Part shown: piece after piece, positions 1-8,698 of the stretch
Layout: every line of letters begins with the position of its first letter
Position numbering within the stretch: position 1 is the stretch's first letter
Position numbers and translations under genes: made by a program
IMG/VR virus record: IMGVR_UViG_3300043442_000670
Location: 1 to 28,950 of that record
Source of the DNA: a virus
Lineage: Duplodnaviria > Caudoviricetes
DNA length: 28,950 bases
Reading direction: 5' to 3' (one strand)
The notes under the pieces: generated by a model
Seen by the model: only the letters and a program-made list of their open reading frames with translations
Databases searched by the model: none
What the model was told of the DNA's origin: nothing

Positions 1-38
1 GCTCGGGGACCCGCACCCCTTGAGCCCCAGAAGGACCC
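1..38 (-). other. possible cos-like packaging site (cosQ-like GGGTCCT followed by a candidate cohesive-end sequence)
   Basis: Minus strand reads GGGTCCT(38-32)-TCTGGGGCTCAAGGGGTGC-GGGTCCCCGAGC(12-1); GGGTCCT equals the lambda cosQ heptamer; intergenic, at the window edge. Confidence 0.4.
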
Positions 39-77
39 AAAGGGATGGGGGGTGGGGGGTGGCGTGAGGGGTGGGGC

Positions 78-635
78 TCAGGCCCTGCCAAAGCCCCTGC
101 CCATGGCCCCCAGGGCCCGCAGGATGCCGTTCTCCAGGGCCTCCTCGATCCGCACCTCAGTGCGCGCCTGAAGGGCTGGAGCCCACTTGCCTCCGGTGTA
201 GATGGCGTGGATGGAGGGGCCATGGATCACGTCCAGGGGCATCCGCTCCTTGCCGCGGCGGCGGAAGGGCAGGCCCTTGGCCATGAAGCCCGACTTCACG
301 ACGGTGCGCTGCCCTCGGTAGATGCTCATGCTCAGGCCCGTGCTGGTCTGCTTGGGCTTGAACTGCATGGCGGTGATGGGCTTGCGGTTGGTGCGGATGA
401 TCGCGGTCTGGCCCCCGTCCCTGAACTGCGCCTGGGAGACGTCCTGCTTGATGCGTCCTGCGGTGAGTGCGTAGCGCTGACCGATCGACTTGGCCATGGT
501 GGTGCGCCCTGCCCGGGCAGCGTCACGCACGCCTGCCTTGATGGCCTTGGGGATGTCCTGGGCCGAGAGCTTGGCGAGGGTCTGAGCCAGCTCTCGGTCA
601 CCCAGGATGCGGGCGTTGATGTCGATGACGGCCAT
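78..635 (-). CDS. phage minor tail protein Z (gpZ)-like / tail completion protein
   Basis: 185 aa basic protein (AIKAGVRDAARAGRT...RYAL...IK, C-terminal RRRGKERMPLDVIHGPSI) resembling gpZ family; AGGAGG RBS upstream. Confidence 0.6.
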   Translation of the reverse strand: MAVIDINARILGDRELAQTLAKLSAQDIPKAIKAGVRDAARAGRTTMAKSIGQRYALTAGRIKQDVSQAQFRDGGQTAIIRTNRKPITAMQFKPKQTSTGLSMSIYRGQRTVVKSGFMAKGLPFRRRGKERMPLDVIHGPSIHAIYTGGKWAPALQARTEVRIEEALENGILRALGAMGRGFGRA

Positions 636-684
636 GGGGGAGTCCTCCTGGGTTCAGGGTAGGCGCGATGGGTTTCCAACGGTC

Positions 685-979
685 CTCACGGTCGTCTCAC
701 GGTCGGCGTGAGACCGGAACCCTTTGCGCTGCAAGGGGTTTGCCCCTCTTCTCACACTCTCACACCCTTTACAGAGATACAGATACATACAAGCAGTCTC
801 TCTCTCATTCATTTCTCTCTCTCTCTATAGGGGGCTCTCTCTCGGGGGTGAGCGTGAGAACGTGAGAAAGCCCCAAACCCCTTGTGTCGTAAGGAATTTG
901 GGGCTCACACGCTTCTCACGCTTTGGGCTCTTCTCACGGTGGATCAGCCCGATCGACGGCATCGAGGGGGATTCTCACG
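685..979. repeat. putative replication origin: about 12 copies of (T)CTCAC(G/A) in both orientations around a lower-GC, (CT)n-rich core
   Basis: Forward copies near 685, 695, 750, 759, 904, 914, 932, 973; reverse copies near 707, 847, 853, 861; immediately downstream of the primase-helicase gene. Confidence 0.6.
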
Positions 980-3609
980 GCGCGGCTGGTTGCGCCGGCG
1001 CCCTTGAAGTAGATCGAGCCTGCTTTGGTCGCGCCGGGCAGTCGCGTGAGGACAGTGGGCCAGCAATTCGACCATGCGGTGTCGCGAAGGATGGCGGCGA
1101 TCGCTTCGGCGTTGTTGCTGATGACGACGTAGCCGTCGCCCTCCGCCTTGATGCCGTTGCGGCCGAGGGTGGACTGAGCCAGGCCGGCTTCGATGTGGAA
1201 ATCGTGCTCACGGTGCAGAGCCAGCTCGACGAGCTCACCGATCGAGCGGGTCACGGTCTTCTCGCCCTCAACGCGCACCTGGTGCTGGAGGATGCGCTGG
1301 ATGCAGCGGCGCTCGTCCGGCACCTCGGTGGCCTGGCTGTAGGGCTCCCAGTTGTTGTCGTCGATCAGCTGCTGCGCCTGCTGCGGCGTGACGATCTCCG
1401 AGCTGTGAAGCGACCATGCGCCAGCCAGCAGGGTGCCGTACTGATCACCGAGGCGCTGGCTGTCGAAGCGCTCGGCGGCGACGCGGGTGAAGACGCGGAT
1501 CGAGGCGCGAATGGTGGGGATGAGGCTGACTGTGCGCGCCTGGAGGCGGCGGCCGATTTCTTCGCTGATGAAGCGATCGAGGTCGCGGTCGAGGGCCTCC
1601 CAGTGCGCCTGGCGCTGCTCTTTGGGGAGCTCTGATGGGTTGCGGAGGGTGAGCTGCGCGAAGCGGCTCTTGTCTGCGCCCTGCTTGAGGCTGGTGGCGA
1701 TCGAGCTCATCAGGAACATGGAGCGGATCGTGAAGCGCTGCGTGTCGCCCTCGGGCGTGCCCTTGAGGGTGTGGGCCTTGCTCTCGGATGAGGCGACCCG
1801 GGCGAGGCCCAGGATGGCTTGCATCCGCTGCTGATCGGTGCGCTCGTTCGACTCGGCCTCGTCGAAGACGACGGGGAGAGCGTCTGCGCGAAGCGCCTGG
1901 CGGATGCCGGGCTCTGTGGTGTTGCCCGCGACGATCAGGCCCATGTCGCCCAGCAGTGGGGTGACGTAGCGATCGAGGATGGCGGACTTGCCGGAGCCTG
2001 CTGCAGCGGTGAGCCAGGTGTGGGGCCGCCATGGCAGCGCGCCGCAGATCGGCGCCAGGGTGACCCAGCCAGCGAGCAGGAGGCCTGATGCTGGCACCTC
2101 CCAGTGGAAGCGCTCGGCGATCTCGGCCAGAACGTAGGCCTCAGCATCGGTGAGCGGGGTGGCGTTTGCGGGGCCCTGCAGTGAGCTGAGGCGCTGGTAG
2201 AGGTAGGTGCTGTCCTTGAGGCGGTCGGTGATGGAGCGATCGGCACCATCGACCACCAGGCGATCGCCGAGGTGAAGGACAGAGCGGCCGCCATCCCACC
2301 AGGCGCCGCGGCCGCGGATCCGATCGGGGCTGTAGATGCCGACCCGGGCCTGTTGCTCGAACAGATCTGAGGCTGCAGCAGTCCAGTTGGGGCCCGACTT
2401 GCCGGGGTAGAGGGTCTCCCAATAGCCGAGCGGTGCGAGAGCAACGAGGTTGGTGCCGGTGTGGCTGCTACGCGAGAGGCGCAGGACCTGCCCGGTGCGA
2501 TGAGGCTGGTAGTAGAAGGCGTCGTGATCGAAGCCAAGGCAGGTGAAGTAACCGCCAGCTGATGGTTGGATGGGTGGCGGATCGGGGGGAGCTGTGTCCT
2601 CGATCGAGGGGAGCTCCGGCGGATCGAGGGGGGCTCCAGTGCCCCAAGACGTCATTACCGCCTCGATTGGCTTGAGGTTCTCGCGCACGAAGGCGGCAGC
2701 CTCGGTAACGGTCCAGGTGGCGTCGGCCACATCCCAGCCCTCTGGTGCGTCGGGCGGGTTGTTGATGACGCGGACGGATCCGCCAGTGGTGATGAGCTTC
2801 TCAGCAACGCGGGCCATGGCCTGGCGGCCCGTTTCGTCGTTGTCGGGCCAGAGGACGACATCACGGCCATGAAGTGGCCGCCAGTCGATCAGGTCGACGA
2901 CCTTGGATCCGTTGGGCCAGCTGACGACAACAGCGTGAGGGAAGAGCAGCTGCGCGACCTCGGCGGTCTTCTCGCCCTCAACCACAAGCACCTTTGCGTC
3001 AGGGCGAGCTGCGACTTGATGGAGGTTGTAAAGCGGGCGCGGGGTGGGCCATTCGCAGGTGAACGGATCAGCGTTCTCGCCACGGCTGCGTGGGTAGTGC
3101 CAGCGGCCGTCGAGCCAGACGCGGTGGACGAACACCTTGCGCGCTGCTTTGCCGTCTTTGGCAGGCAGGTCGAGGCGCTGAATCCAGAACAGCTGATTGC
3201 CATCAGCATCGCGGTAGCACCACTGTGCGCTTGCGCGGCCGAGGTTGGGCGGCGCGGCATCGGCCGGGGGATGCTCAGGGATGCGGTGCGGCTTCGTGCG
3301 GCGCTTGCCGGTGCTGCTGTGCAGGCCCAGGTGCTGCTCGACACGCTTGGCGGCATCAGCGAACGACAAGCCAGTGCGGCGCAGGAGCATGTCCCAGCCA
3401 TTGCCGGCGCCGCCGGAGCGGTTCTTGCCGCCGCACTGGTTGCAGAACCAGGTGCCATCACCATCGAGGTCATCGAAGCGGTAGCGGTCCTCGCCACCAC
3501 AGAGCGGGCAAGGCTGATGTTCGTCGGTGAGCTGCTGAGTGCTCAGGCCTGCAAGCGCGGAGAGGATCTCAGGCCACCTGCCGCGGGTGGCCTCGTTGAT
3601 GTCCGCCAT
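934..3609 (-). CDS. P4-alpha-like primase-helicase (Zn ribbon + TOPRIM + P-loop NTPase)
   Basis: 891 aa; CPLCGGEDRYRFDD...WFCNQCGG Zn ribbon, VVEGEKTA and PDND TOPRIM motifs, Walker A AAAGSGKS, Walker B VVFDE. Confidence 0.9.
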   Translation of the reverse strand: MADINEATRGRWPEILSALAGLSTQQLTDEHQPCPLCGGEDRYRFDDLDGDGTWFCNQCGGKNRSGGAGNGWDMLLRRTGLSFADAAKRVEQHLGLHSSTGKRRTKPHRIPEHPPADAAPPNLGRASAQWCYRDADGNQLFWIQRLDLPAKDGKAARKVFVHRVWLDGRWHYPRSRGENADPFTCEWPTPRPLYNLHQVAARPDAKVLVVEGEKTAEVAQLLFPHAVVVSWPNGSKVVDLIDWRPLHGRDVVLWPDNDETGRQAMARVAEKLITTGGSVRVINNPPDAPEGWDVADATWTVTEAAAFVRENLKPIEAVMTSWGTGAPLDPPELPSIEDTAPPDPPPIQPSAGGYFTCLGFDHDAFYYQPHRTGQVLRLSRSSHTGTNLVALAPLGYWETLYPGKSGPNWTAAASDLFEQQARVGIYSPDRIRGRGAWWDGGRSVLHLGDRLVVDGADRSITDRLKDSTYLYQRLSSLQGPANATPLTDAEAYVLAEIAERFHWEVPASGLLLAGWVTLAPICGALPWRPHTWLTAAAGSGKSAILDRYVTPLLGDMGLIVAGNTTEPGIRQALRADALPVVFDEAESNERTDQQRMQAILGLARVASSESKAHTLKGTPEGDTQRFTIRSMFLMSSIATSLKQGADKSRFAQLTLRNPSELPKEQRQAHWEALDRDLDRFISEEIGRRLQARTVSLIPTIRASIRVFTRVAAERFDSQRLGDQYGTLLAGAWSLHSSEIVTPQQAQQLIDDNNWEPYSQATEVPDERRCIQRILQHQVRVEGEKTVTRSIGELVELALHREHDFHIEAGLAQSTLGRNGIKAEGDGYVVISNNAEAIAAILRDTAWSNCWPTVLTRLPGATKAGSIYFKGAGATSRAVRIPLDAVDRADPP

Positions 3610-3612
3610 GCG

Positions 3613-3840
3613 TCAGACAGCCTCCTCGATCACGGAGGTGAGCCGTCGGAGCTCGGCGATGACAGCGCGGATCGCGCGCTGCGAAGGCTGCCGGTGATCA
3701 GCGATGCCCTCAAGCATCTGCAGCGAGCTGATGCGCTGCCGGAGGATCTCGCCGACGCGGCGGCGCTCATAGGAGGTGCCTGCGCACCAGGCCACGGAGT
3801 CGCGCAGCTCCAGGATGCGCAGTTCGGTGTCGGTCGTCAT
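3613..3840 (-). CDS. hypothetical protein (75 aa)
   Basis: ATG at 3840 overlaps upstream stop (ATGA); ends 3 nt before the primase start. Confidence 0.7.
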   Translation of the reverse strand: MTTDTELRILELRDSVAWCAGTSYERRRVGEILRQRISSLQMLEGIADHRQPSQRAIRAVIAELRRLTSVIEEAV

Positions 3841-4010
3841 GCTGGGCCGTCCTGCCACATCGGCGCTGCGGTTGGAGTGCTGATGAGGTAGCCGGGCAGC
3901 AGCTCCAGTGCGGCTGTGATGGCCTGCTGCTGAGTGAAGGCGATGAGATCGAGGTGCCTGGGGCACTCGCCGCGGCGGTGCGCGGTGACGCGGAAGTGAC
4001 GGACCTGCAT
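3837..4010 (-). CDS. hypothetical protein (57 aa, MQVRHFRVTAHRRGECPRHLDLIAF...), not in ORF track
   Basis: Manually translated; start and stop overlap both neighbours, filling the gap in the operon. Confidence 0.6.
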   Translation of the reverse strand: MQVRHFRVTAHRRGECPRHLDLIAFTQQQAITAALELLPGYLISTPTAAPMWQDGPA

Positions 4011-4255
4011 CACTGGGCCTCCTGTTGCAGGGGAAGTTTGGCGGCAGTGATGCGGTTGTGGAGGCGGCGGGCCTCGCGCACGGTGGCTTCAGTGGCGTGC
4101 CATGACCAGTTGCGGAAGCGAATCTGATGTTCGGCCCAGAGCTCTGGTTTGGCGGCCCAGGTGATGGCGTGATCGTCGGTTGCCGGATCGCAGTGATGTG
4201 CGTCGCGGTAGAGCTTGCGGAGACGGTGAAGCGCAGTTTCGGGTGAGAGTGTCAT
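4010..4255 (-). CDS. hypothetical protein (81 aa, MTLSPETALHRLRKLY...)
   Basis: 3' part of the 4010..5074 ORF; ATG just downstream of predicted promoter at 4279-4330. Confidence 0.7.
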   Translation of the reverse strand: MTLSPETALHRLRKLYRDAHHCDPATDDHAITWAAKPELWAEHQIRFRNWSWHATEATVREARRLHNRITAAKLPLQQEAQ

Positions 4256-4278
4256 GGCCGTGGCCAGAGTGCTCCCGG

Positions 4279-4330
4279 ACGCTACGGGTGCCGCAGCGCT
4301 GCGGCAGGGGTGGTGTAACGCATCGTCACA
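4279..4330 (-). promoter_or_regulatory. direct-repeat promoter (HLR1-like): TGTGAC-gatg-CGTTAC-N30-TAGCGT
   Basis: Same motif and spacing as six other sites; oriented toward ORF starting at 4255. Confidence 0.65.
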
Positions 4331-4670
4331 ACCGCAGGATGGCGCGCGCCTCTTCGTCGTTGTGGGCGATGCCGGCCAGGCCGCCGTGGCGGTGCACCAT
4401 GGCGATGAAGGCGAGCTGCTCAGGCGTGGGCCTGCTGCGGTCTTTGACCTCGATGGCGGTGAAGACGGCGAGCTGCTGGCCCACCATGTCGGGCGTGACG
4501 GTGATGGTGCGCAGTCCGATGAGATCGGATGAACCGGTGCAGAGGCCGTAGCGCACCAGGCGGCCGGTGGCGTCCTTGAGGGCCCCAGTGTTGTTGCGGA
4601 AAAGGCGTACTGGGCCGCGACTGAGCAAGCGGATGGTCTGTTGGATCCGGTTCTCATCGGAACGCGCCAT
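4326..4670 (-). CDS. VRR-NUC family PD-(D/E)XK nuclease
   Basis: 114 aa; E..IQ..I, FRNNTG, GSSDLIG, AIEVK, TPEQLAF motifs; next to helicase. Confidence 0.85.
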   Translation of the reverse strand: MARSDENRIQQTIRLLSRGPVRLFRNNTGALKDATGRLVRYGLCTGSSDLIGLRTITVTPDMVGQQLAVFTAIEVKDRSRPTPEQLAFIAMVHRHGGLAGIAHNDEEARAILRL

Positions 4671-6054
4671 GTTGTGTCCTGGCCCTGAGGATGTGATCGG
4701 TCCAGCCGCGAGAGTAGCCACGCTCCAGGCGGATGACTTCGAGCTCTTCGCGTGTGCGGGCCTTGCCGACCTGCTGCCGCTTGCGTTGTGCGATCACGGT
4801 GGCGGGGAGCTCCAGGAGGTTGCCATCGACGACGGTCAGCTCGCGGCGCTGAGTGGCGGGGAAGTCGAAGCCGCAGTCGACGCAGCTGGCGACGGTGGCG
4901 AGCATGGCTGCGAAGCACTGGGGGCAGACCTTGACGGGGAGAGCGTCTGAGGCTGCGCGCTTGCCGCGCTTGGTGCGGCCTTCGAGGCTCCAGTCGCGCG
5001 GGTCGGTGGGCCGGCCGTGGCGAAGCGTGTTGCCGACGTGATCGTTGACGATCGCGTGGCCCTTGCCGGGGCATGGGCGGAGCACGCGGCCGACCTGCTG
5101 GAGGTGCAGGCCCAGGCTGTCGGTGGGGCGGAGCAGGATCGCGCCGGTGACCGATGGGATGTCGGTGCCCTCGCTGATGATGTCGCAGGAGGTGAGCACC
5201 TTCAGCACGCCAGCGCCGAGGTCGTTGATGAGGCGGCGGCGTTCGCCGCGGTCGATCGAGCCATCGAGCATGGCGGCGCTGATGCCCTGAGCGCGGAAGG
5301 CCTCGGCAACGGCGTCGGCGTGAGCGACGGAGACGCAGAAGGCGATGGCGGTGCCGTTGTGCACCGGCTCGATGGTGCGGCGGTAGTGCGAGACGGCGTC
5401 GCCCATGGCCTGGCCCTGGCGCAGGCGGGCTTCGGCTTCTTCGTGGCCCTTGCGGGTGTCGAAGCGCTTGATGCCGTCGAGGTCGATGCCAGGCGGGGCG
5501 AAGATGCGCGCGGGCACGAGAAAGTCGTTGGCGGTGAGCCAGGCGGCGTCGGGGCCCTCGACCAGGGTCTCGAACTGATCGCCCAAACCGCGGCCGTCGA
5601 GGCGCTCTGGAGTCGCGGTGACACCCAGGACGTGAGCGCGGGGCATGGCGGCGAGCACCTTGGCCCAGGTGCCGGCGACCGCATGGTGGGCCTCGTCGAC
5701 GATCAGCAGCTGGAAGAAGTCGGCCGGGATGGTGTGGATCCGCCGAGCGAGGGTCTGGACGCTGGCGACCTGCACGCCCTGCGAGAGGTCCTGGCGGTAG
5801 GCGGCGGCGATGATGCCGTGGTTGCAGCCGATGGCGTGCAGCGAGCGGGATGCCTGATCGACGAGCTCCTGGCGGTGGACAAGGATGCAGACGCGGTTGC
5901 CGCGGATCGCGGCCTGCTCGGCGATGTAGACGAAGGTGTAGGTCTTGCCGCCGCCGGTCGGGAGGACAAACAGCACGCGGCGGTGGCCTGACTGATAAGC
6001 GCCGCGGATCTCAGCGACAGCAGCGGCTTGGAAGGGGCGGAGAGAGACAGCCAT
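4654..6054 (-). CDS. superfamily 2 DEAD/DEAH-box helicase with C-terminal Zn finger
   Basis: 466 aa; LPTGGGKT, DEAHH, TAT, SEGTDIP, QQVGRVLR, CPQC..CVDC. Confidence 0.92.
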   Translation of the reverse strand: MAVSLRPFQAAAVAEIRGAYQSGHRRVLFVLPTGGGKTYTFVYIAEQAAIRGNRVCILVHRQELVDQASRSLHAIGCNHGIIAAAYRQDLSQGVQVASVQTLARRIHTIPADFFQLLIVDEAHHAVAGTWAKVLAAMPRAHVLGVTATPERLDGRGLGDQFETLVEGPDAAWLTANDFLVPARIFAPPGIDLDGIKRFDTRKGHEEAEARLRQGQAMGDAVSHYRRTIEPVHNGTAIAFCVSVAHADAVAEAFRAQGISAAMLDGSIDRGERRRLINDLGAGVLKVLTSCDIISEGTDIPSVTGAILLRPTDSLGLHLQQVGRVLRPCPGKGHAIVNDHVGNTLRHGRPTDPRDWSLEGRTKRGKRAASDALPVKVCPQCFAAMLATVASCVDCGFDFPATQRRELTVVDGNLLELPATVIAQRKRQQVGKARTREELEVIRLERGYSRGWTDHILRARTQHGAFR

Positions 6055-6120
6055 GCAGGGGCCTGGGGGTGGGTTGACCGTGGCAGAAAGATCGCAGATT
6101 ATCCCGTGAAATCAATTAGT

Positions 6121-6182
6121 TGTAACAGTATGTGACGGTATGAAGCGGGAGGCGGAGTGATGTTCCGGGAGGCTTTTAGGGT
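6121..6182 (+). promoter_or_regulatory. direct-repeat promoter (HLR1-like, three repeats) in divergent intergenic region: TGTAAC-agta-TGTGAC-ggta-TGAAGC-N30-TAGGGT
   Basis: AT-richer gap between divergent operons; 30 nt from third (degenerate) hexamer to -10-like hexamer. Confidence 0.65.
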
Positions 6183-6214
6183 CAGGCCTGACCACCACTA
6201 TTCACAGGTGCCCC

Positions 6215-7024
6215 ATGCCTGACCTGACCCATCATCCGGGTCTGACGAACGAGGACTACCACCGGCTCAAGGCGGTCAGTCCCAGCCAGATCAAGGTGCT
6301 CGGGCGCAGCCCGCTGCACTACTTCGACCAGTTCCTGGCGGAGGACCGCGAGAAGCGTGAGCCGACGCCGGCGATGCTGATGGGCACCGCGCTGCACACG
6401 GCGGTGCTGGAGCCGGAGCTGTGGGACAGCACGATCGCTGTGCCGCCGCATTCGTTCGATCGCCGCAGCAAAGCCGGCCGCGAGCTGGCCGCCGAGTTCG
6501 AGCGCGAGAGCGCCGGGAAGGTCGTGCTCAGCCCCGAGGATGCCGACCAGGTGCGGCGGATGGCGGATGCTGTGCGCAGCCACCCGGCTGCCGGCTTCCT
6601 GCTGGAGCTGCCGGGTCGCCGCGAGGCGTCCTACACCTGGAAGGATCCAGCGACGGGGCTGGAGTGCAAGACGCGGCCGGATTGGCACAGCGAGGATCGG
6701 CGCATCGTCGTGGACGTCAAGACCACGCGCGACGCCAGCCGGGCTGAGTTCGCCAAGAGCATCGCCAACCTGGACTACCACGTCCAGGCGGCATGGAACC
6801 AGGACGCGATCGGCGCCGAGCAGTTCATCACGATCGCAGTCGAGAACACGCGGCCGTATGCGGTGGCGGTCTATCCCGCCAGTGGTGGGATGATCGCAGC
6901 CGGAATGCGGCGGATCGAGGCGGCGATGCTGCTGCTGGCCGAGTGCCATGCGAGCGGCCGGTGGCCGGGCTACGGCGACCTGGTGGCCGAGCCGATCGAG
7001 CTCCCTGGGTGGTGCCGTGACTGA
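6215..7024 (+). CDS. RecE/exonuclease VIII-like PD-(D/E)XK exonuclease (DUF3799-like)
   Basis: 269 aa; NEDYH..SPSQIK, GTALHTAVLEP, KTRPD, IVVDVKTT, YHVQAA motifs; upstream of RecT-like gene. Confidence 0.88.
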   Translation: MPDLTHHPGLTNEDYHRLKAVSPSQIKVLGRSPLHYFDQFLAEDREKREPTPAMLMGTALHTAVLEPELWDSTIAVPPHSFDRRSKAGRELAAEFERESAGKVVLSPEDADQVRRMADAVRSHPAAGFLLELPGRREASYTWKDPATGLECKTRPDWHSEDRRIVVDVKTTRDASRAEFAKSIANLDYHVQAAWNQDAIGAEQFITIAVENTRPYAVAVYPASGGMIAAGMRRIEAAMLLLAECHASGRWPGYGDLVAEPIELPGWCRD

Positions 7025-7211
7025 AGGCCGCTGGCTCACCACCCAGCAGCTGATCAAGCTGCACCGCGAGTCGTTCGCCGATGGCGGCCGCACGGTGGTG
7101 CAGATGCTCCGGCTCACTGCCGAGCAATACGACGAGGCAACGATGCCTCACCCCCGCCTCGACCAGATCGCTGATCAGATCAAGGCCATCCTCAACGAAC
7201 GACAGCAATGA
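7017..7211 (+). CDS. hypothetical protein (64 aa)
   Basis: GTG start overlapping exonuclease end; stop overlaps next ATG. Confidence 0.6.
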   Translation: MTEGRWLTTQQLIKLHRESFADGGRTVVQMLRLTAEQYDEATMPHPRLDQIADQIKAILNERQQ

Positions 7212-7951
7212 CTGAATCGACAGCACTCACGACGACCAGCCAGCAGCAGAGCCCCGGCGCGCTGGCGTTCCTTCACGATGGGGCCGCCTTCGAGCACCTG
7301 TGGAGGGTGGCGAAGGCGTTCAGCATGAGCGGGATGGTGCCACCGCACTTTCAGGGCAAGCCTGAGAGCTGCATGGTGGCGCTGATGTACGCCGAGCAGC
7401 TGGGCGAGCATCCGATGGTGATGTTCCAGGAGACGGGCGTGATCAACGGCCGGCCGAGCACCAGCGCCCGGTTCGCCATCGCCCGCGCCAACAAGTCGGG
7501 CCTGCTCCAGAGCCCGATCACCTGGACTGAGAAGGGCCAAGGCGACGCGCTGGAGGTGACGGCGAGCGCAACGCTGCGCGAGACGGGCGAGGTCGTGCAG
7601 GCCAGGGTCTCGATGAAGGAGGCCGCGGCTGACGGCTGGACGCGCAACCCGAAGTACAAGTCGATCCCTGGCCAGATGCTGCGTTGGCGGTCTGCGACAC
7701 GGCTGATCAACCTTTACCTGCCAGAGGTGTTGTTCGGTCTCGGCGTGCGCGAGGAAGTTGAGCAGGTAACGGTGCGCGACGCATCGCCGGCGCCGCAGAC
7801 TGATGGTTCGGTATTGGCGGATCTCAACCGCCAGATCGCTGCTGCAGCCCAGGAGCCGCCGGTGTCTGGCGAAGCCGAGGCTGTTCAAGAGACAGCGCCG
7901 GCTGACAATTCCATCCAAGCAGAAGTCGTCGATGCAGACGACCCGTTCTAA
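7208..7951 (+). CDS. RecT-like single-strand annealing recombinase
   Basis: 247 aa; AKAFSMSGMVPPHFQGKPESCMVAL..LG..P, VINGRP, KYKSIPGQMLRWRS..FPEVL-like motifs; RecE-SSAP-SSB synteny. Confidence 0.75.
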   Translation: MTESTALTTTSQQQSPGALAFLHDGAAFEHLWRVAKAFSMSGMVPPHFQGKPESCMVALMYAEQLGEHPMVMFQETGVINGRPSTSARFAIARANKSGLLQSPITWTEKGQGDALEVTASATLRETGEVVQARVSMKEAAADGWTRNPKYKSIPGQMLRWRSATRLINLYLPEVLFGLGVREEVEQVTVRDASPAPQTDGSVLADLNRQIAAAAQEPPVSGEAEAVQETAPADNSIQAEVVDADDPF

Positions 7952-7963
7952 GGAGTTCGGCCT

Positions 7964-8179
7964 ATGGGCAGTGCAGTATCAGCGTTCCTGACCTCGAAGG
8001 AGGTCGCAGACCGTTGGCGGCTGAGCGATCAGACGCTGGCGAACTGGCGATCAGCGGGCAAGGGCCCGCCATTCATCCGGGTTGGATCTCGGGTTCTCTA
8101 TCCCATCGAGGGGATCCACGCTTACGAGAAGCTCAGCCAGCAATGGCTGAGCAACGAACAACCACAACCATCAACATGA
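7964..8179 (+). CDS. excisionase/AlpA-like HTH DNA-binding protein
   Basis: 71 aa; FLTSKEVADRW.LS..TLANWRS.GKGPPFIRVGSRVLY. Confidence 0.85.
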   Translation: MGSAVSAFLTSKEVADRWRLSDQTLANWRSAGKGPPFIRVGSRVLYPIEGIHAYEKLSQQWLSNEQPQPST

Positions 8180-8697
8180 GCGAAATCATCAACACGCTGC
8201 TCCGCGCGAGCTCGCATCATTTCATCGGCCGCCTGGGCCGTGACCCTGAGGCGAAGTTCCTGCAGAACGGCAACAGCGTCTGCAACGCGAGCATCGGCAT
8301 CAACCGGCCGGGGTCGAAGAAAGACGACGGCCAGGATGCTGACTGGATCAAGCTGGAGATCTGGGGGGAGGACGGCCAGCGGTTCGCGGACACCTGCCGC
8401 AAGGGCCAGGAAGTGCATGTGGTGGGTCGTGTAAAGACTGACCGCTGGACTGATCGGAACACCGGCGCTGAGCGTGTGGCGCTGGTGTGCATCGTGCGGC
8501 AGTGGCAGCTGATCCAGCAGCCGCCTGCTGCTCCTGCTGCTCCGGCCGCCGCGCCTGCACCTGCTGCGCAGCCCGCGCACCTGGCCGCGGCCGGCTGGGC
8601 GCCGAACCCAGCGAACGGCACCGTGGCCGCCCAGCAGCCGCCGGCGTGGAACAGCGCACCGCTGGATCCGCCGGACGACGACGGCATCCCCTTCTGA
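8176..8697 (+). CDS. ssb: single-stranded DNA-binding protein
   Basis: GRLGRDPE, DWIKLEIWG, KGQEVHVVGRVKTDRWTD, Ala/Pro linker, acidic tail DDDGIPF. Confidence 0.92.
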   Translation: MSEIINTLLRASSHHFIGRLGRDPEAKFLQNGNSVCNASIGINRPGSKKDDGQDADWIKLEIWGEDGQRFADTCRKGQEVHVVGRVKTDRWTDRNTGAERVALVCIVRQWQLIQQPPAAPAAPAAAPAPAAQPAHLAAAGWAPNPANGTVAAQQPPAWNSAPLDPPDDDGIPF

Positions 8698-8698
8698 G

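Noticed and set aside
41-76. G-quadruplex-capable G-runs after the gpZ-like stop
   Set aside because: Single G-rich patch in a high-GC genome; no supporting evidence of function
685-979. CRISPR array
   Set aside because: Repeats are 6-7 nt, irregularly spaced and in both orientations; no cas genes
724-3891. Long plus-strand ORFs (724..1635, 2566..3891) and similar antisense ORFs (5017..5991, 20089..21033, 21129..22391, 24737..25831)
   Set aside because: Shadow frames opposite well-supported genes in GC-rich DNA; no recognisable motifs
6121-6146. CRP (TGTGA-N6-TCACA) or NtcA (GTA-N8-TAC) site interpretation of the repeat motif
   Set aside because: Those sites are palindromic; the motif here is a direct repeat with 10-bp period
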